A stretch of 34,058 bases of DNA from Nanobdellota archaeon (GTDB taxonomy: Archaea; Nanobdellota; Nanobdellia; Pacearchaeales; GW2011-AR1). Each line of letters begins with the position of its first letter. The first letter of the stretch is position 1. Below, one piece after another: positions 1 to 9,442 of this stretch. The stretch lies in NCBI GenBank assembly GCA_038045485.1, contig JBBSYA010000018.1:1-34058 (forward strand), in the 5' to 3' direction. A program made the position numbers and the translations under genes. A model generated the notes under the pieces. It searched no databases. It saw nothing but the letters and a program-made list of their open reading frames with translations, and had not been told where the DNA came from.

Positions 1-1199
1 GAAGTTGTAGAATTAGTTAAATTAATTAAAGTGCCAGTAGAATTATAAATTCTTAGAGTTATATTAGCAAGATTTCCATAATTAGCTATTGCATTAACTG
101 AAATATTATTTCTACTAATAAAAGCTCCAGAAGTTTCTGTTGGTGAAGTAAAATTGGCTTGTATTCTAAAGAGCCCAACAGCATACCAGGAAATATTCTG
201 AGATTGTAATGCTCCATCTTTTTGAAAATATATCAGAGTTGAATTAAAAAATCGCGAGCTAAAAAATGAATTAGTCCAAGTACTTACGCCGCCAGTAGAA
301 TCTGAACTGCTTGCAATAAAAGTTCGGCTAGTGTTAACAGCAGTTATTGTTTGATTAATTTGTGTAGTTGTTGCAGCATAAGTAAAACCTGTCTGAGTTC
401 GAATACTATTATCCTCAATGATAAAATATTCTACACTTGCACTGCCCGTATTAGTCTGTCTATTAAAGGTAGCTGTTGTAGAGTTATATCTACCCATAAC
501 CATACTCGCTACCAGGGTAGAGGTATCCAGAGCTGTTGAAAATACCATAAAACTTTTAGAAACATTAACAGTAGAACTTAATATTGAATCTGCAGTGGTA
601 TCAGGTATAGTTAAAGAACCATTTATAACTCGAGAGTTATTCCAATCAACAACTTGCCAAATAAGCTCCCCCCCGTTACTATTTGTGCCAATTCTCTGTA
701 TATTCATTTGTGTAGCATTGTTAAATTTAGCTTTCCACATTCCTTGTTCCATTGCACCCGCAGTACCTATATTTAATCTTGTTCGAATGATTATAAATGA
801 ACTACTAAGATTTACCTGATTAATAGTAATATTATAATTACTTGTTCCTGCACCGGCACCATAAGAAAAATTACCTGATTGTGAAGAAATAATGCTCATG
901 TTTTCAGTTATAATCTGATACTCCACATTTGCAATTCCACCCGCATAATTATTCAGTTTTAAATTAGTTGAATTAGTTAATCTAGCAGTTACTAATATTG
1001 CATCAGGACCATTGCTAGTAGAACGAGCACTTGTTATTACAAAACTTTTGCTTATATTAATTGAAGTTATGCTTACATTAATTTCTCCATTAACACTAAC
1101 ATTTCCGCTCTGAACAGAAAAATCTGCGTGCACTCCGTTTAATAACGCTATGAACATTACAAATGCCGTAATTAAAATCCAGTTATGTTTTTGTTTCAT
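1..1199 (-). CDS. Secreted/surface glycoprotein with four H-type-lectin-like beta repeats (5' part only; runs off window start)
   Basis: Not in the ORF track because there is no stop in the window. ATG at 1199 reads MKQKHNWILITAFVMFIALLNGVHA-DFSVQSGNV (signal peptide ending VHA), open to base 1. N/S/T-rich with many N-x-S/T sequons and four ~80-aa repeats (QSG...ITxVNxSKSF...VxW/YQVVE). Confidence 0.8.
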   Translation of the reverse strand, partial: MKQKHNWILITAFVMFIALLNGVHADFSVQSGNVSVNGEINVSITSINISKSFVITSARSTSNGPDAILVTARLTNSTNLKLNNYAGGIANVEYQIITENMSIISSQSGNFSYGAGAGTSNYNITINQVNLSSSFIIIRTRLNIGTAGAMEQGMWKAKFNNATQMNIQRIGTNSNGGELIWQVVDWNNSRVINGSLTIPDTTADSILSSTVNVSKSFMVFSTALDTSTLVASMVMGRYNSTTATFNRQTNTGSASVEYFIIEDNSIRTQTGFTYAATTTQINQTITAVNTSRTFIASSSDSTGGVSTWTNSFFSSRFFNSTLIYFQKDGALQSQNISWYAVGLFRIQANFTSPTETSGAFISRNNISVNAIANYGNLANITLRIYNSTGTLINLTNSTT

Positions 1200-1359
1200 T
1201 TTTGGTGATTTTTCCTCTTTTAGTTCTATTAATTAATTCTGTTTCTTCATTCATCAATCGTTCAACTCTCTTAGAAACCACAATATCCTGTCCCTCGCAA
1301 GCTTTCTGAAAATCCGCATAAATCTTAGAGTCTACGCTCAGGGTAATTCTCTTTTGCAT
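1183..1359 (-). CDS. Small ribbon-helix-helix (CopG/Arc-like) DNA-binding protein, 58 aa
   Basis: Manual translation: MQKRITLSVDSKIYADFQKACEGQDIVVSKRVERLMNEETELINRTKRGKITKNETKT*. The KRITLSVD strand followed by two helices fits an RHH pattern. It overlaps the next ATG by 17 nt and has a TATA-like TTTAAAAA about 22 nt upstream. Confidence 0.7.
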   Translation of the reverse strand: MQKRITLSVDSKIYADFQKACEGQDIVVSKRVERLMNEETELINRTKRGKITKNETKT

Positions 1360-1380
1360 GAAATATAGTGGATTTCGGCA

Positions 1381-1428
1381 TTTTTAAATATTTACGTTTA
1401 AGTATTTATGCATAATTGTATGCATAAA
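1381..1428 (-). promoter_or_regulatory. TATA box plus palindromic operator upstream of the RHH gene
   Basis: TTTATGCATA-attg-TATGCATAAA (1405-1428) is a perfect 10-bp inverted repeat containing two TATGCATA palindromes. TATA-like element at 1381-1388 on the minus strand. Confidence 0.55.
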
Positions 1429-1484
1429 CTAAGAAACACAAAAATCTAATTTAAAATAATCCTAAAAAGTCCAAACAGAAAGTC

Positions 1485-2048
1485 CTATTTGCTCAAATCT
1501 ATAACCTTATCGCAAACTACTGCAATCTCATTAATTATTCTTTTATCGGTATCTTCCTGCAAACCAATCATTAGTCCGCAAAGTTTTTCGTCTCTTATTC
1601 TACTCACAAGAGAACGAGCAAATCTTACAATCATCTCTGGCTCATGATAAAGCGAAAGAGCATCAATAGAATCCAATAAAACAAAAGAATGCTGTCCTTT
1701 TTTGTATATCTGTTCTAAAGCAATTCCTATATTAGTCAAACTTTTTGCGCTTTTTATAAACGCACAATTTTCAGCCATAGAATCATTTTTAGTGCTAACA
1801 CAATCAATAAAAAATAATTTGCTATGGTCTATCCCTTCTTTATTGAGTGCTTCAATAATTGTTCTATACGGCCTATTTATTGCAACATACGCTCCATTTT
1901 TCTTGCTTTTTATCATATGTTTTATCATATGATGATTAAGTTCATGATAATTATCCCTAGGAAGAATGGTAAGAACTACAAAATTATCCTTAGCATTATT
2001 AAGCTCTTTTGTTAACCTCTTTTTCATATATCCCACAGTAAAAGCCAT
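1485..2048 (-). CDS. Degenerate (Walker A-less) KaiC/RecA-fold protein, DUF835-like
   Basis: YVAINRP, FFIDC, VLLDSIDAL (Walker B-like) and a C-terminal CDKVIDL, with no GxxGxGKT. Paralogous to 8884..9405. Confidence 0.7.
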   Translation of the reverse strand: MAFTVGYMKKRLTKELNNAKDNFVVLTILPRDNYHELNHHMIKHMIKSKKNGAYVAINRPYRTIIEALNKEGIDHSKLFFIDCVSTKNDSMAENCAFIKSAKSLTNIGIALEQIYKKGQHSFVLLDSIDALSLYHEPEMIVRFARSLVSRIRDEKLCGLMIGLQEDTDKRIINEIAVVCDKVIDLSK

Positions 2049-2126
2049 GTTTTAAATATTTCGATGTGAATTAGAACCTACTTTATTAAAATAACCCCCA
2101 ATAACTGAGCCCCTCAAAAAAAAATA

Positions 2127-2222
2127 AATTAATAAACTAAATTTTTCAAAGTTATTTAAAATTATAGATTTGTTTGAAAAATTTTATCTAAAAATCACAT
2201 AGAAATTGGCATAAGGTTTTAA
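2127..2222 (-). repeat. Dispersed repeat family B (inverted, partial copy)
   Basis: AAATTTTTCAAA...TTTGAAAAATTT hairpin. The minus-strand sequence resembles 16230-16305 and 18850-18940. Confidence 0.6.
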
Positions 2223-2250
2223 ATTTAAAGTCAAAAGGTTATTAGTATTT

Positions 2251-2280
2251 TATTTATTAGAATTTTATTTATTAGAATTT
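2251..2280. repeat. Perfect 15-bp tandem duplication
   Basis: TATTTATTAGAATTT occurs twice in tandem. Confidence 0.7.
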
Positions 2281-2286
2281 ATGCGA

Positions 2287-2339
2287 AGGCGAGAACTTGC
2301 ATTTAAGTAGTAAAATAGAAATAAGAATGCAAGTTCGAG
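2287..2339. repeat. Dispersed hairpin repeat family C, copy 1
   Basis: AGGCGAGAACTTGCATTTAAGTA...ATAAGAATGCAAGTTCGAG with an 11-bp stem GAACTTGCATT/AATGCAAGTTC. Near-identical to 33673-33726. Confidence 0.75.
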
Positions 2340-2356
2340 CCACTCTAGAAAATATT

Positions 2357-3346
2357 TTATCCGCCAACTCCGCCAAAAACTTCCTGCTCTGGATAGATAA
2401 TCAATCCCTTATCTGTTATTTGCATAGCAACAATTTTTTTCTGGTGTTTTTCTCCACGCATTTTAAGAATTTCAACTGCATTTTCCCTTATATCTCCTCT
2501 TTTAATATTGTATAGAACAATAACTCCGTCCGCTAAAAATTCTTCTACTCCTGAAGTTGAAAAAACTTCTGGAATTTGCTTTGTCTCTGCAATAAGAAAA
2601 CTTGTGCTTCCTAATCTTTCAAAAAATCTGAATAATTGTTCAATATAAATTCTATATGAATCTTCTTTTCCAGTAAACGCAGAAGCAATAGCCGTAAGAG
2701 AATCTAAAACTATAAAATCGGGCTTGAAATTTTTAGGCAGGATAACTGGTTCAATCTCTATAAGTAATTCACCTTTTTCTTTTGCAAGCATGGCATCAAC
2801 ATTCCTCGTAATTTCAAAAGGATTGATTCTTTCTATCTTTAAGTTTCCTGCTTTAATCATTTTATCTGCATCCCAGCCAAATTCCTTCATATGCTGTTTT
2901 AATTTATCTTCGCTTTCTTCAAAGCTCATATAAAAACACTTTTCACCTTTCGCAGCATGATAAGCAAGAGTTTGCAAACAAAAAATTGTTTTTCCACTTC
3001 CAGCCCCACCAGCTACAAGAACATTACTTCCCTTAGGAATTCCTTCTTGGAATAAATCATCAAATCCAGGAATTCCAGTATTAACATATTTGCTAATTTG
3101 TTTATTATACTTAAATTTTAAATCCTTTATTTTTGTGAGTGGTGCTCTCTGAACATTAATTTGTTCAACATGATTCATAGTTTTCGATTCTCCAGAATTA
3201 AGCGCTTTTTCTATATCTGCTTTAAGCGCAGATAAATCTATTTTTCCAGATGTTTTATCTTTAGAACTCTTTTCTTTCTTTATTTTAACAGGATTAACAA
3301 TCTTAGACTTCTTCGAATGCTCAACTTTTCCCTTCCCCTTTTTCAT
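2357..3346 (-). CDS. KaiC/RAD55-like single-domain ATPase with Lys-rich N-terminal extension
   Basis: TGIPGFD, Walker A GGAGSGKT, SFEE, Walker B VLDSLT, EEFLADGVI, ILKMRG. Confidence 0.92.
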   Translation of the reverse strand: MKKGKGKVEHSKKSKIVNPVKIKKEKSSKDKTSGKIDLSALKADIEKALNSGESKTMNHVEQINVQRAPLTKIKDLKFKYNKQISKYVNTGIPGFDDLFQEGIPKGSNVLVAGGAGSGKTIFCLQTLAYHAAKGEKCFYMSFEESEDKLKQHMKEFGWDADKMIKAGNLKIERINPFEITRNVDAMLAKEKGELLIEIEPVILPKNFKPDFIVLDSLTAIASAFTGKEDSYRIYIEQLFRFFERLGSTSFLIAETKQIPEVFSTSGVEEFLADGVIVLYNIKRGDIRENAVEILKMRGEKHQKKIVAMQITDKGLIIYPEQEVFGGVGG

Positions 3347-3441
3347 AATACTCTCAAGAAATAACTTTATTTAAACCTTATCCTCCAACCTCATTAGGGA
3401 GTTATCGAAATATTTATAAGCTCTTTTCACATAAAGAAATC

Positions 3442-3759
3442 ATGGTAGCATTAGGGGTGATTTTCTTAGCAACTATTTTAATTGGAATAATTGCAACAGT
3501 TTTAGCGTATTATGCGAATAAATATTCTTTAGACGAACTTAAAAAATCATTAAAGTTAAGACTATATGCTATAGCTCTTATCTGCTTCGGATTTATAGTT
3601 CATACTGCTGGAGACTATTACGGCCATTTATACGGCAGTGAAAATCTTGAGCTTACAATTGAGAGTATTGCCCACATTATTATATTCATATCAATAATAA
3701 TCTGCTTATTATCGACTAAAAAAATAATGGAAATATCCAAGGAGTATAAATTCAAATAA
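3442..3759 (+). CDS. Small three-TM membrane protein
   Basis: Three hydrophobic segments with His in TM2 and TM3. TATA (TTTATAAG) near 3413. Divergent from the KaiC-like gene. Confidence 0.7.
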   Translation: MVALGVIFLATILIGIIATVLAYYANKYSLDELKKSLKLRLYAIALICFGFIVHTAGDYYGHLYGSENLELTIESIAHIIIFISIIICLLSTKKIMEISKEYKFK

Positions 3760-3760
3760 A

Positions 3761-4108
3761 ATGATAGATATGTTATTAGTCGCACAAGTAAGTTCAAGCT
3801 TAACTATCTTAATGGGAATAATAGCCCTAATATTCACAATTAAAGCCATAAGCGGGCTTGCAGAAGATTCTTTTAAAACTCTTGTAAAAAGAATGGCTGT
3901 GTTTCTAATTTTAAGCATTATTGGAATTGCTTTTATGACTTCTTACCACATTATGGAAAGTTATGGGGGATTAGACATAACAATAGATATCTGGTATATT
4001 TTTATGTTCATGGCTATTGCATATTCAATCTATGATTCTTATAAAACGATTAAATTTGAAAAGCCAATTTATTCTATAGCCCTTAGAACAAAGAAAAAGA
4101 AAAGATAA
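3761..4108 (+). CDS. Small three-TM membrane protein
   Basis: Three hydrophobic segments and a basic C-terminus. Starts 1 nt after the previous stop and has similar topology. Confidence 0.7.
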   Translation: MIDMLLVAQVSSSLTILMGIIALIFTIKAISGLAEDSFKTLVKRMAVFLILSIIGIAFMTSYHIMESYGGLDITIDIWYIFMFMAIAYSIYDSYKTIKFEKPIYSIALRTKKKKR

Positions 4109-4269
4109 AAAGTCCTAAACTCCCAAGATTAATCTCGCTGAATTTATTGCTTCCAACCAATAAGCTCTCAAAAAAAAAGCTCATTAATTTTATTGAAAAT
4201 TATTAATTTTCAGTCTGGCTTTTTCTTCCGTTACTGTCTCTTTTTTATTCATTTTAGATTTTATCAGGT

Positions 4270-6507
4270 TTATTTTAAAATCCTCACAATGCCAACAATT
4301 CCTAAAACTTTGCCTTCTGGATTCCTAATGAGACTTAATCTGGTACTTATCTTCTCAAGTTTATTTCGAACCTTTATTGTTTCTTCAATATTCAGAGTTT
4401 TTCCTGTTTTCATTACTTTCTTAAGATTCTTCATAATCTGCTCGCCGGCTTTTTTAGGGAATACTTCCATTACAGATTTACCGATAATCTCTGCTCTTTT
4501 CTTCCCTACACTATCCATCATTGTTTTATTTATAGAGAGATATTTATAATTTTTATCAACAATAAACAATGCATCAGGCAATGATTCAATAAGAGCCCTA
4601 TCTTTTCCTTCTTCTGTTTTTTCATTAGTTAAATCCCTTACTGTCGCCTAAAGATAAGTTTTATCTCCTTCTTTAACTCTACTTAAAAGGACTGTTGCTG
4701 GAAAATCTTCGCCAGTTAATCTTCTATGAGTCCACTCAAAAAAGTTCTTTCCTTCCTTAATTGCAGTTTCAATCATTTTTTTAGCTTTTATCGAAGAAAG
4801 TTGTCCGTCAGACTGTTTTTCAGGAGAAAATTCCCAAGGAGCACGAGAAGTAAAATCTTTTTCATCCTTAGCAATAAACATTCCAATAGCCGCAGGATTT
4901 CCAGAAGTGAATTTCCAAGTTGGTGGCTCTAAAGTCATAATTGCATCGCTTGAAGTTTCATAAAGAGCCCTATATTTTTCTTCTGCCTCTTCTTTTGCTT
5001 TTATTGCTTCTCCTAAACCTAATTCTGCCTTGGTTAATCCTGTTCTTAAAACAGCAAGCTTCAAAGTAGCTAAAATTCTATTAATTGAATTATTCAAGCC
5101 TTGAATTTCGGTTATCTCGCTTTTTTCAAGCTGCAAGTCTAATTTTCCCTTGCTGACTTCTTCAACTTCTTCTTCCAGTCTTTTAAGCTGTCTTGAAATT
5201 GAACTGGAAATATTAAAAGAAACAATTATAGATATTAATAAAATTAAAATTAAAGAAAAAATATACACCGCACTTAATTCTTTAGACTGCTGAATTATCT
5301 GCTCCCTTAAATTTGCAGATGTTTGAGATTCAAGATCTGCCCAATCAGAATAAAGCTGCGCAAGTTCATACTTATAGTTATCATAGTTTTCAGCGACTAT
5401 TAGGGAGAATGCGGTCTTGGTATCATTTTTCTCAATAGCTGCAAATGCTCTGGTTTCTAAATCTACTAATAATAAATTAACTCTATCGAGTTCAGCAAGG
5501 TCTTCTTTTATTCTATCTTTAATTTCTTGAGCTCGCTTGCTTTTTTCCAATAAAGCTGGCGCATCTATTTTTAGGAGATTATCTAATTCTGCTCCAATTT
5601 CATCATAATAATCCTTATGAAAGCTAACATCTGCAACTTCTCCTTTTTGCGCATGGAGAAGAGCAGCATGGGCTGCTCCTGTCAATATGGCGTCATATCC
5701 AATAACCTGCTGAACCATTAATCCAAGCGGAGCTTCAACATCTCTAAGCTGTTCAGTATTAGAAAGTCTTAAGTTATTCATCTGTGAGCTCAATCCAACC
5801 ATAAATACTATTAAGAAAAGAATTAAGAAAAATCCTAAGAAAATTCTTTCTCTAAGCGGAATGCTCTTTTCTTCATACATTTTTCCAGCCAACATCCATA
5901 TAGCTACTCCAATTATTAAGAAAAGAAAAGCAGTATGCAGAGCCATAGCCGAACTAATATTTTCAAAATAAAAATATAAAAAGGGTTTATTAAAAATATA
6001 TCCAAAAATTGAGCTCAAGCCAGAAATACTGATAATTACTGCAAAAATTTTAAGAATTTTTGTCTTTTTTGTATAAAAAGAAAATAATCCTGCTAAAGAT
6101 ATCAAAACAAAATCAATCATTGTAGCAGTAGAAGGCAGTCCGGGCTTAACCGTTAAAATTGCTCCTGCTGCTTCTTTTATAACCAAATTTTCAATAGCAC
6201 TGCTTATTCCTAAAAGAGTTGTTACAAGAATATAACCCATAAAGAGAAGCAGAATAATAGAAAAAAATAAGGTTATTCTCTTATTAAAAGCAAAAGAGCC
6301 AAAAAGCTGTGAAACACCGAGCAAGATTATTGAACTAATTAAAAAAGCAACAGCTGTTGAAAACTTCATCGTGACAAAACCTGGCAGAATGCTTTTCAGC
6401 ACAGCAATATCAAAAATCCAGCCCATAATAACTATTATTGCTGCAATAAAAACTATGAGAGTTATCGCGCCTAATGCTTGTTTTTCCAGCCGATTATTTT
6501 GCTTCAT
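4270..6507 (-). pseudogene. Multi-TM sensor with helical extracellular domain, HAMP and two PAS domains, interrupted by an in-frame TAG at 4648-4650
   Basis: ORFs 4648..6507 and 4270..4581 are in the same frame. The junction reads KTYL*ATVRDLTNEKTEEGKDRALIESLPDALF, so the stop falls in the PAC motif (usually LQATVRD). Full length would be 745 aa, with no kinase domain. Confidence 0.75.
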
Positions 6508-8602
6508 TTTCCTCTTTTTCTACTTTATTCATTATAAGCGCGACTTTGTTTTTAAATTCTTCTGCTTTCTCTCCAGAGAGAATTCCTTTTCTAACCAAGA
6601 ACTTAATATACTCCATTATAGAATCATAAGATATTCCATTGCTTTTCATCAAATATTCAAATTCTTTATCTCCAAGAGGACCAATATACTCTCTAAATAA
6701 ATTTTTAAGCGCTTCATCAACATTGGCACTGTTTGAAAACAGCAGTCTTATTGCTTTCATTTCACGAATTGGCTTCAATGGAACAGTAAAATAAAATATT
6801 GTTCCTTTTGACAATTGAGAAACGAGCCAAATCTTGCCATTCTGGCTCTCAACAATTCCCTTAGAAATAGCTAAACCCAAACCAGTTCCTCCGGTTTTAT
6901 GCTGATACATGTTATCTGCCTGATAAAAGGGCTCAAATAATCTTCTTTGGTCCTTTTCAGAAATACCTACACCATTATCTTTTACTGAAAATAAAATCAT
7001 ACCCTTAAAAAGTTTAGCAGAAATTTCTATCTTGGAATTTTCGGGTGAAAATTTAATAGCATTATTAATTAAATTTCTCAAAACTTGAGAAACTCTATCA
7101 GGGTCAACTTCTATTGTGGGGAGCTTTTCTGCCTTAATTTCTATCTTAATATTCTTCTCAGGCATAAAACCCTTCATCTCGTTAACAACATTGTCAATAG
7201 TCTTTGCTAAGTCTGCTTTAATAAAATTAAATTTTAATCTTGCTGCTTCAATTCGCGAAATTTCCAAAAAGTCAACTATAATTTTATCCAATCTTTCAGT
7301 ATTATTCAAAACAATCTGCAGAGATTCTCTCTGCTCTTTATTCAATTTTCCGAAATAATCTCCAAGCACCATCTGCAACTGAGCCTTCATCGGAGTCATA
7401 GGCGAGCGAAGTTCATGCGAAGTAATTGAAAGAAATTCTGTTTTTGCCTTATCTATCTGGTTTTTTTCTTTATCAAGATTTTCAAGAGCTTCTGCAGTTT
7501 TATTAAATATGTTTCCAAGGAGTTCAATTTCATCTCCACTTTTAATATTAACTCTTGCTTTAAAATCCTGATTTCGCAATTTTTCATTTGCGGCAGTAAG
7601 CTCCTCTACGGGTTTGGTAATTCTTCTGGAAATAAAATATCCTACAAACAGAAAAACTATTATAACTAAAATTGTAATAAAAATAGCCACACCGAGAGAA
7701 AGGCGTTGTATCGGCAAAATTACCTCAGCCCTATCTATCTTAGCAACAATGCCAAGTCCAATATCAGGAGTATAATGTGTAAATGCAATAACCTCAACGC
7801 CTCGATAATCCAATGATTTATCAAAGAATACTGATTTTCCTTGCAGAGCATTTTCCATAGGAATTCCTGTAACTACAGAATAATTTCCTTCGTTTTCATA
7901 AAGTCTTGCAAAAGGATGAATGTCATTTCCATTTTTATCCTCAAAGGCAATTAAAACCTCTCCTGTTTCTCTTAAGCCTGCTCTTTGCAAAACAATATCT
8001 TCAAGATTATCAAAGTATTCTGTAGTGATGATTACGCCCATTAATTTTCCGTTTTGTTTTATCGGCCCAGAAACAACAATTCTCCAGTCATCTTCTCCAA
8101 GCTTAAAAAAATAAGCACCCTCTTTTTGCTTTCCTTTTATAAAAAAATTCTCTGTGCTAAAATCCCTGCCTTGAAGAAGAAGGTCGTCACAAGCAACAGC
8201 TTCTCCGCTAAGATTAATAAAGCATACGCATTCAATCTCTTCAATAGAGCTTCTTGAATCTTTAAGCTTTTGAATAATCTTAGCCTCAAATTCACTATTT
8301 GAATCTAAGAGATAATTTTCTATATCTACTCTTAGTTGAGTTCTGCTGGTAATCAGCTTTATTCTTTCTATATCTTGATTAATGTAAGTTTCAATATGGC
8401 CGGCTCGTGAATCTACGGTGGTTTCAAGATGCGCTTCTATTTCAGAAGTTATAAGACTTACCGAAACTGTATAAAAGATAAATGTTCCAATTATTGCCAT
8501 GCAAAAACCTAATACTAAAAATGAAAAAGTTATTTTTCTGCTGATTTTTCCTAAGAAAAATCTTTTCAAGCTAAAACTATTTTGTTCAAAATTATCAGTC
8601 AT
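6494..8602 (-). CDS. Sensor histidine kinase (TM-Cache-TM-HAMP-HisKA-HATPase_c plus C-terminal helical domain)
   Basis: H-box TSHELRSP, N-box NLINNAIKF, G1 DNGVG, F-box LFEPF, G2 GTGLGL, HAMP ITKPVEEL...DEIELL. Confidence 0.95.
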   Translation of the reverse strand: MTDNFEQNSFSLKRFFLGKISRKITFSFLVLGFCMAIIGTFIFYTVSVSLITSEIEAHLETTVDSRAGHIETYINQDIERIKLITSRTQLRVDIENYLLDSNSEFEAKIIQKLKDSRSSIEEIECVCFINLSGEAVACDDLLLQGRDFSTENFFIKGKQKEGAYFFKLGEDDWRIVVSGPIKQNGKLMGVIITTEYFDNLEDIVLQRAGLRETGEVLIAFEDKNGNDIHPFARLYENEGNYSVVTGIPMENALQGKSVFFDKSLDYRGVEVIAFTHYTPDIGLGIVAKIDRAEVILPIQRLSLGVAIFITILVIIVFLFVGYFISRRITKPVEELTAANEKLRNQDFKARVNIKSGDEIELLGNIFNKTAEALENLDKEKNQIDKAKTEFLSITSHELRSPMTPMKAQLQMVLGDYFGKLNKEQRESLQIVLNNTERLDKIIVDFLEISRIEAARLKFNFIKADLAKTIDNVVNEMKGFMPEKNIKIEIKAEKLPTIEVDPDRVSQVLRNLINNAIKFSPENSKIEISAKLFKGMILFSVKDNGVGISEKDQRRLFEPFYQADNMYQHKTGGTGLGLAISKGIVESQNGKIWLVSQLSKGTIFYFTVPLKPIREMKAIRLLFSNSANVDEALKNLFREYIGPLGDKEFEYLMKSNGISYDSIMEYIKFLVRKGILSGEKAEEFKNKVALIMNKVEKEENEAK

Positions 8603-8883
8603 ACTTCCCTCTTTTTCCTCTGAAATAACATGGAAAACATGTTTTTAAATTCTACGAGGGCAAAAAGTCCAATTAAACGACTACCCAATTAACAGTCCAA
8701 ATAATTAAACCCCAATCTCCCAAAAATCTATTGAAATTATTAAAATAAGGTAACAAGAGATTGCTAAACAAGTGAAACAATCGAGCAGTTAGATTTGTTT
8801 TACCATTTTTACTATTTTTGAATAAAATGAAAAAATAGCTAACTCAAGGGAAAAACGAGTGGAGAAAAACCGTTAGGTTTGTC

Positions 8884-9405
8884 TTACAACTCAATAACCT
8901 TATCAACAAACATTCCAGATTCTTTAATCAGGGCTTCCTGTTCTTTAACTGAAAGAGCATAAAATATTGCCTTAGTTTTGCTTTCCTTAATCTTATTAAC
9001 GAGCGAAGCAACAAACTTTCCAACAGGTGCTTTGCTCTCGTAAACCAGCAAATTTGTTAATGAATCAAAAATAAGATAATCAAAATTATGCCTTATAAAT
9101 TTTGAAATAACTAAAGATATTTCAGTTAAAGCCCCTGGCGAAGATACATAATAAACTCCTTCAGATTCTTCAGGAGTACTTTTTATTGTTTTTGAGATAG
9201 CATCAATAAAAACAATATTGTCTGTTTTAACTTTATTTTTTTTGAATAATTCAATTAAAGAATCACGAGTCTTATTCAAAGTAACATATGCTATGCTCTT
9301 GCCTGCTAACTTTTTGGCTACATCAACAATTTCTTTATTATAATCTGTGCTCGACATAATCAAAAGTATTGTTTGATTTTCAGAAAGTTCTTTTTTTATA
9401 TCCAT
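8884..9405 (-). CDS. Degenerate KaiC/RecA-fold protein, DUF835-like (paralog of 1485..2048)
   Basis: YVTLNK, VFIDAIS, LIFDSLTNLL and FVDKVIEL, with no Walker A. Confidence 0.7.
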   Translation of the reverse strand: MDIKKELSENQTILLIMSSTDYNKEIVDVAKKLAGKSIAYVTLNKTRDSLIELFKKNKVKTDNIVFIDAISKTIKSTPEESEGVYYVSSPGALTEISLVISKFIRHNFDYLIFDSLTNLLVYESKAPVGKFVASLVNKIKESKTKAIFYALSVKEQEALIKESGMFVDKVIEL

Positions 9406-9442
9406 TTTTTTAGACTATTAAATTTATTTGAAAAATGGATAA

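Noticed and set aside
351-819. Plus-strand ORFs 351..539 and 418..819
   Set aside because: They are antisense shadows of the minus-strand surface-protein gene, which has a signal peptide and clear repeats.
2357-3346. True circadian KaiABC clock
   Set aside because: Single ATPase domain, no kaiA or kaiB in the window, and the S/T phosphosite position reads EEF.
4648-4650. Genome-wide TAG reassignment
   Set aside because: proS, alba, trmB and others end in TAG at their expected C-termini.
8603-8883. ncRNA in the 280-bp spacer upstream of the kinase
   Set aside because: Only a weak imperfect hairpin (~8749-8804), no second copy, and no recognisable family.
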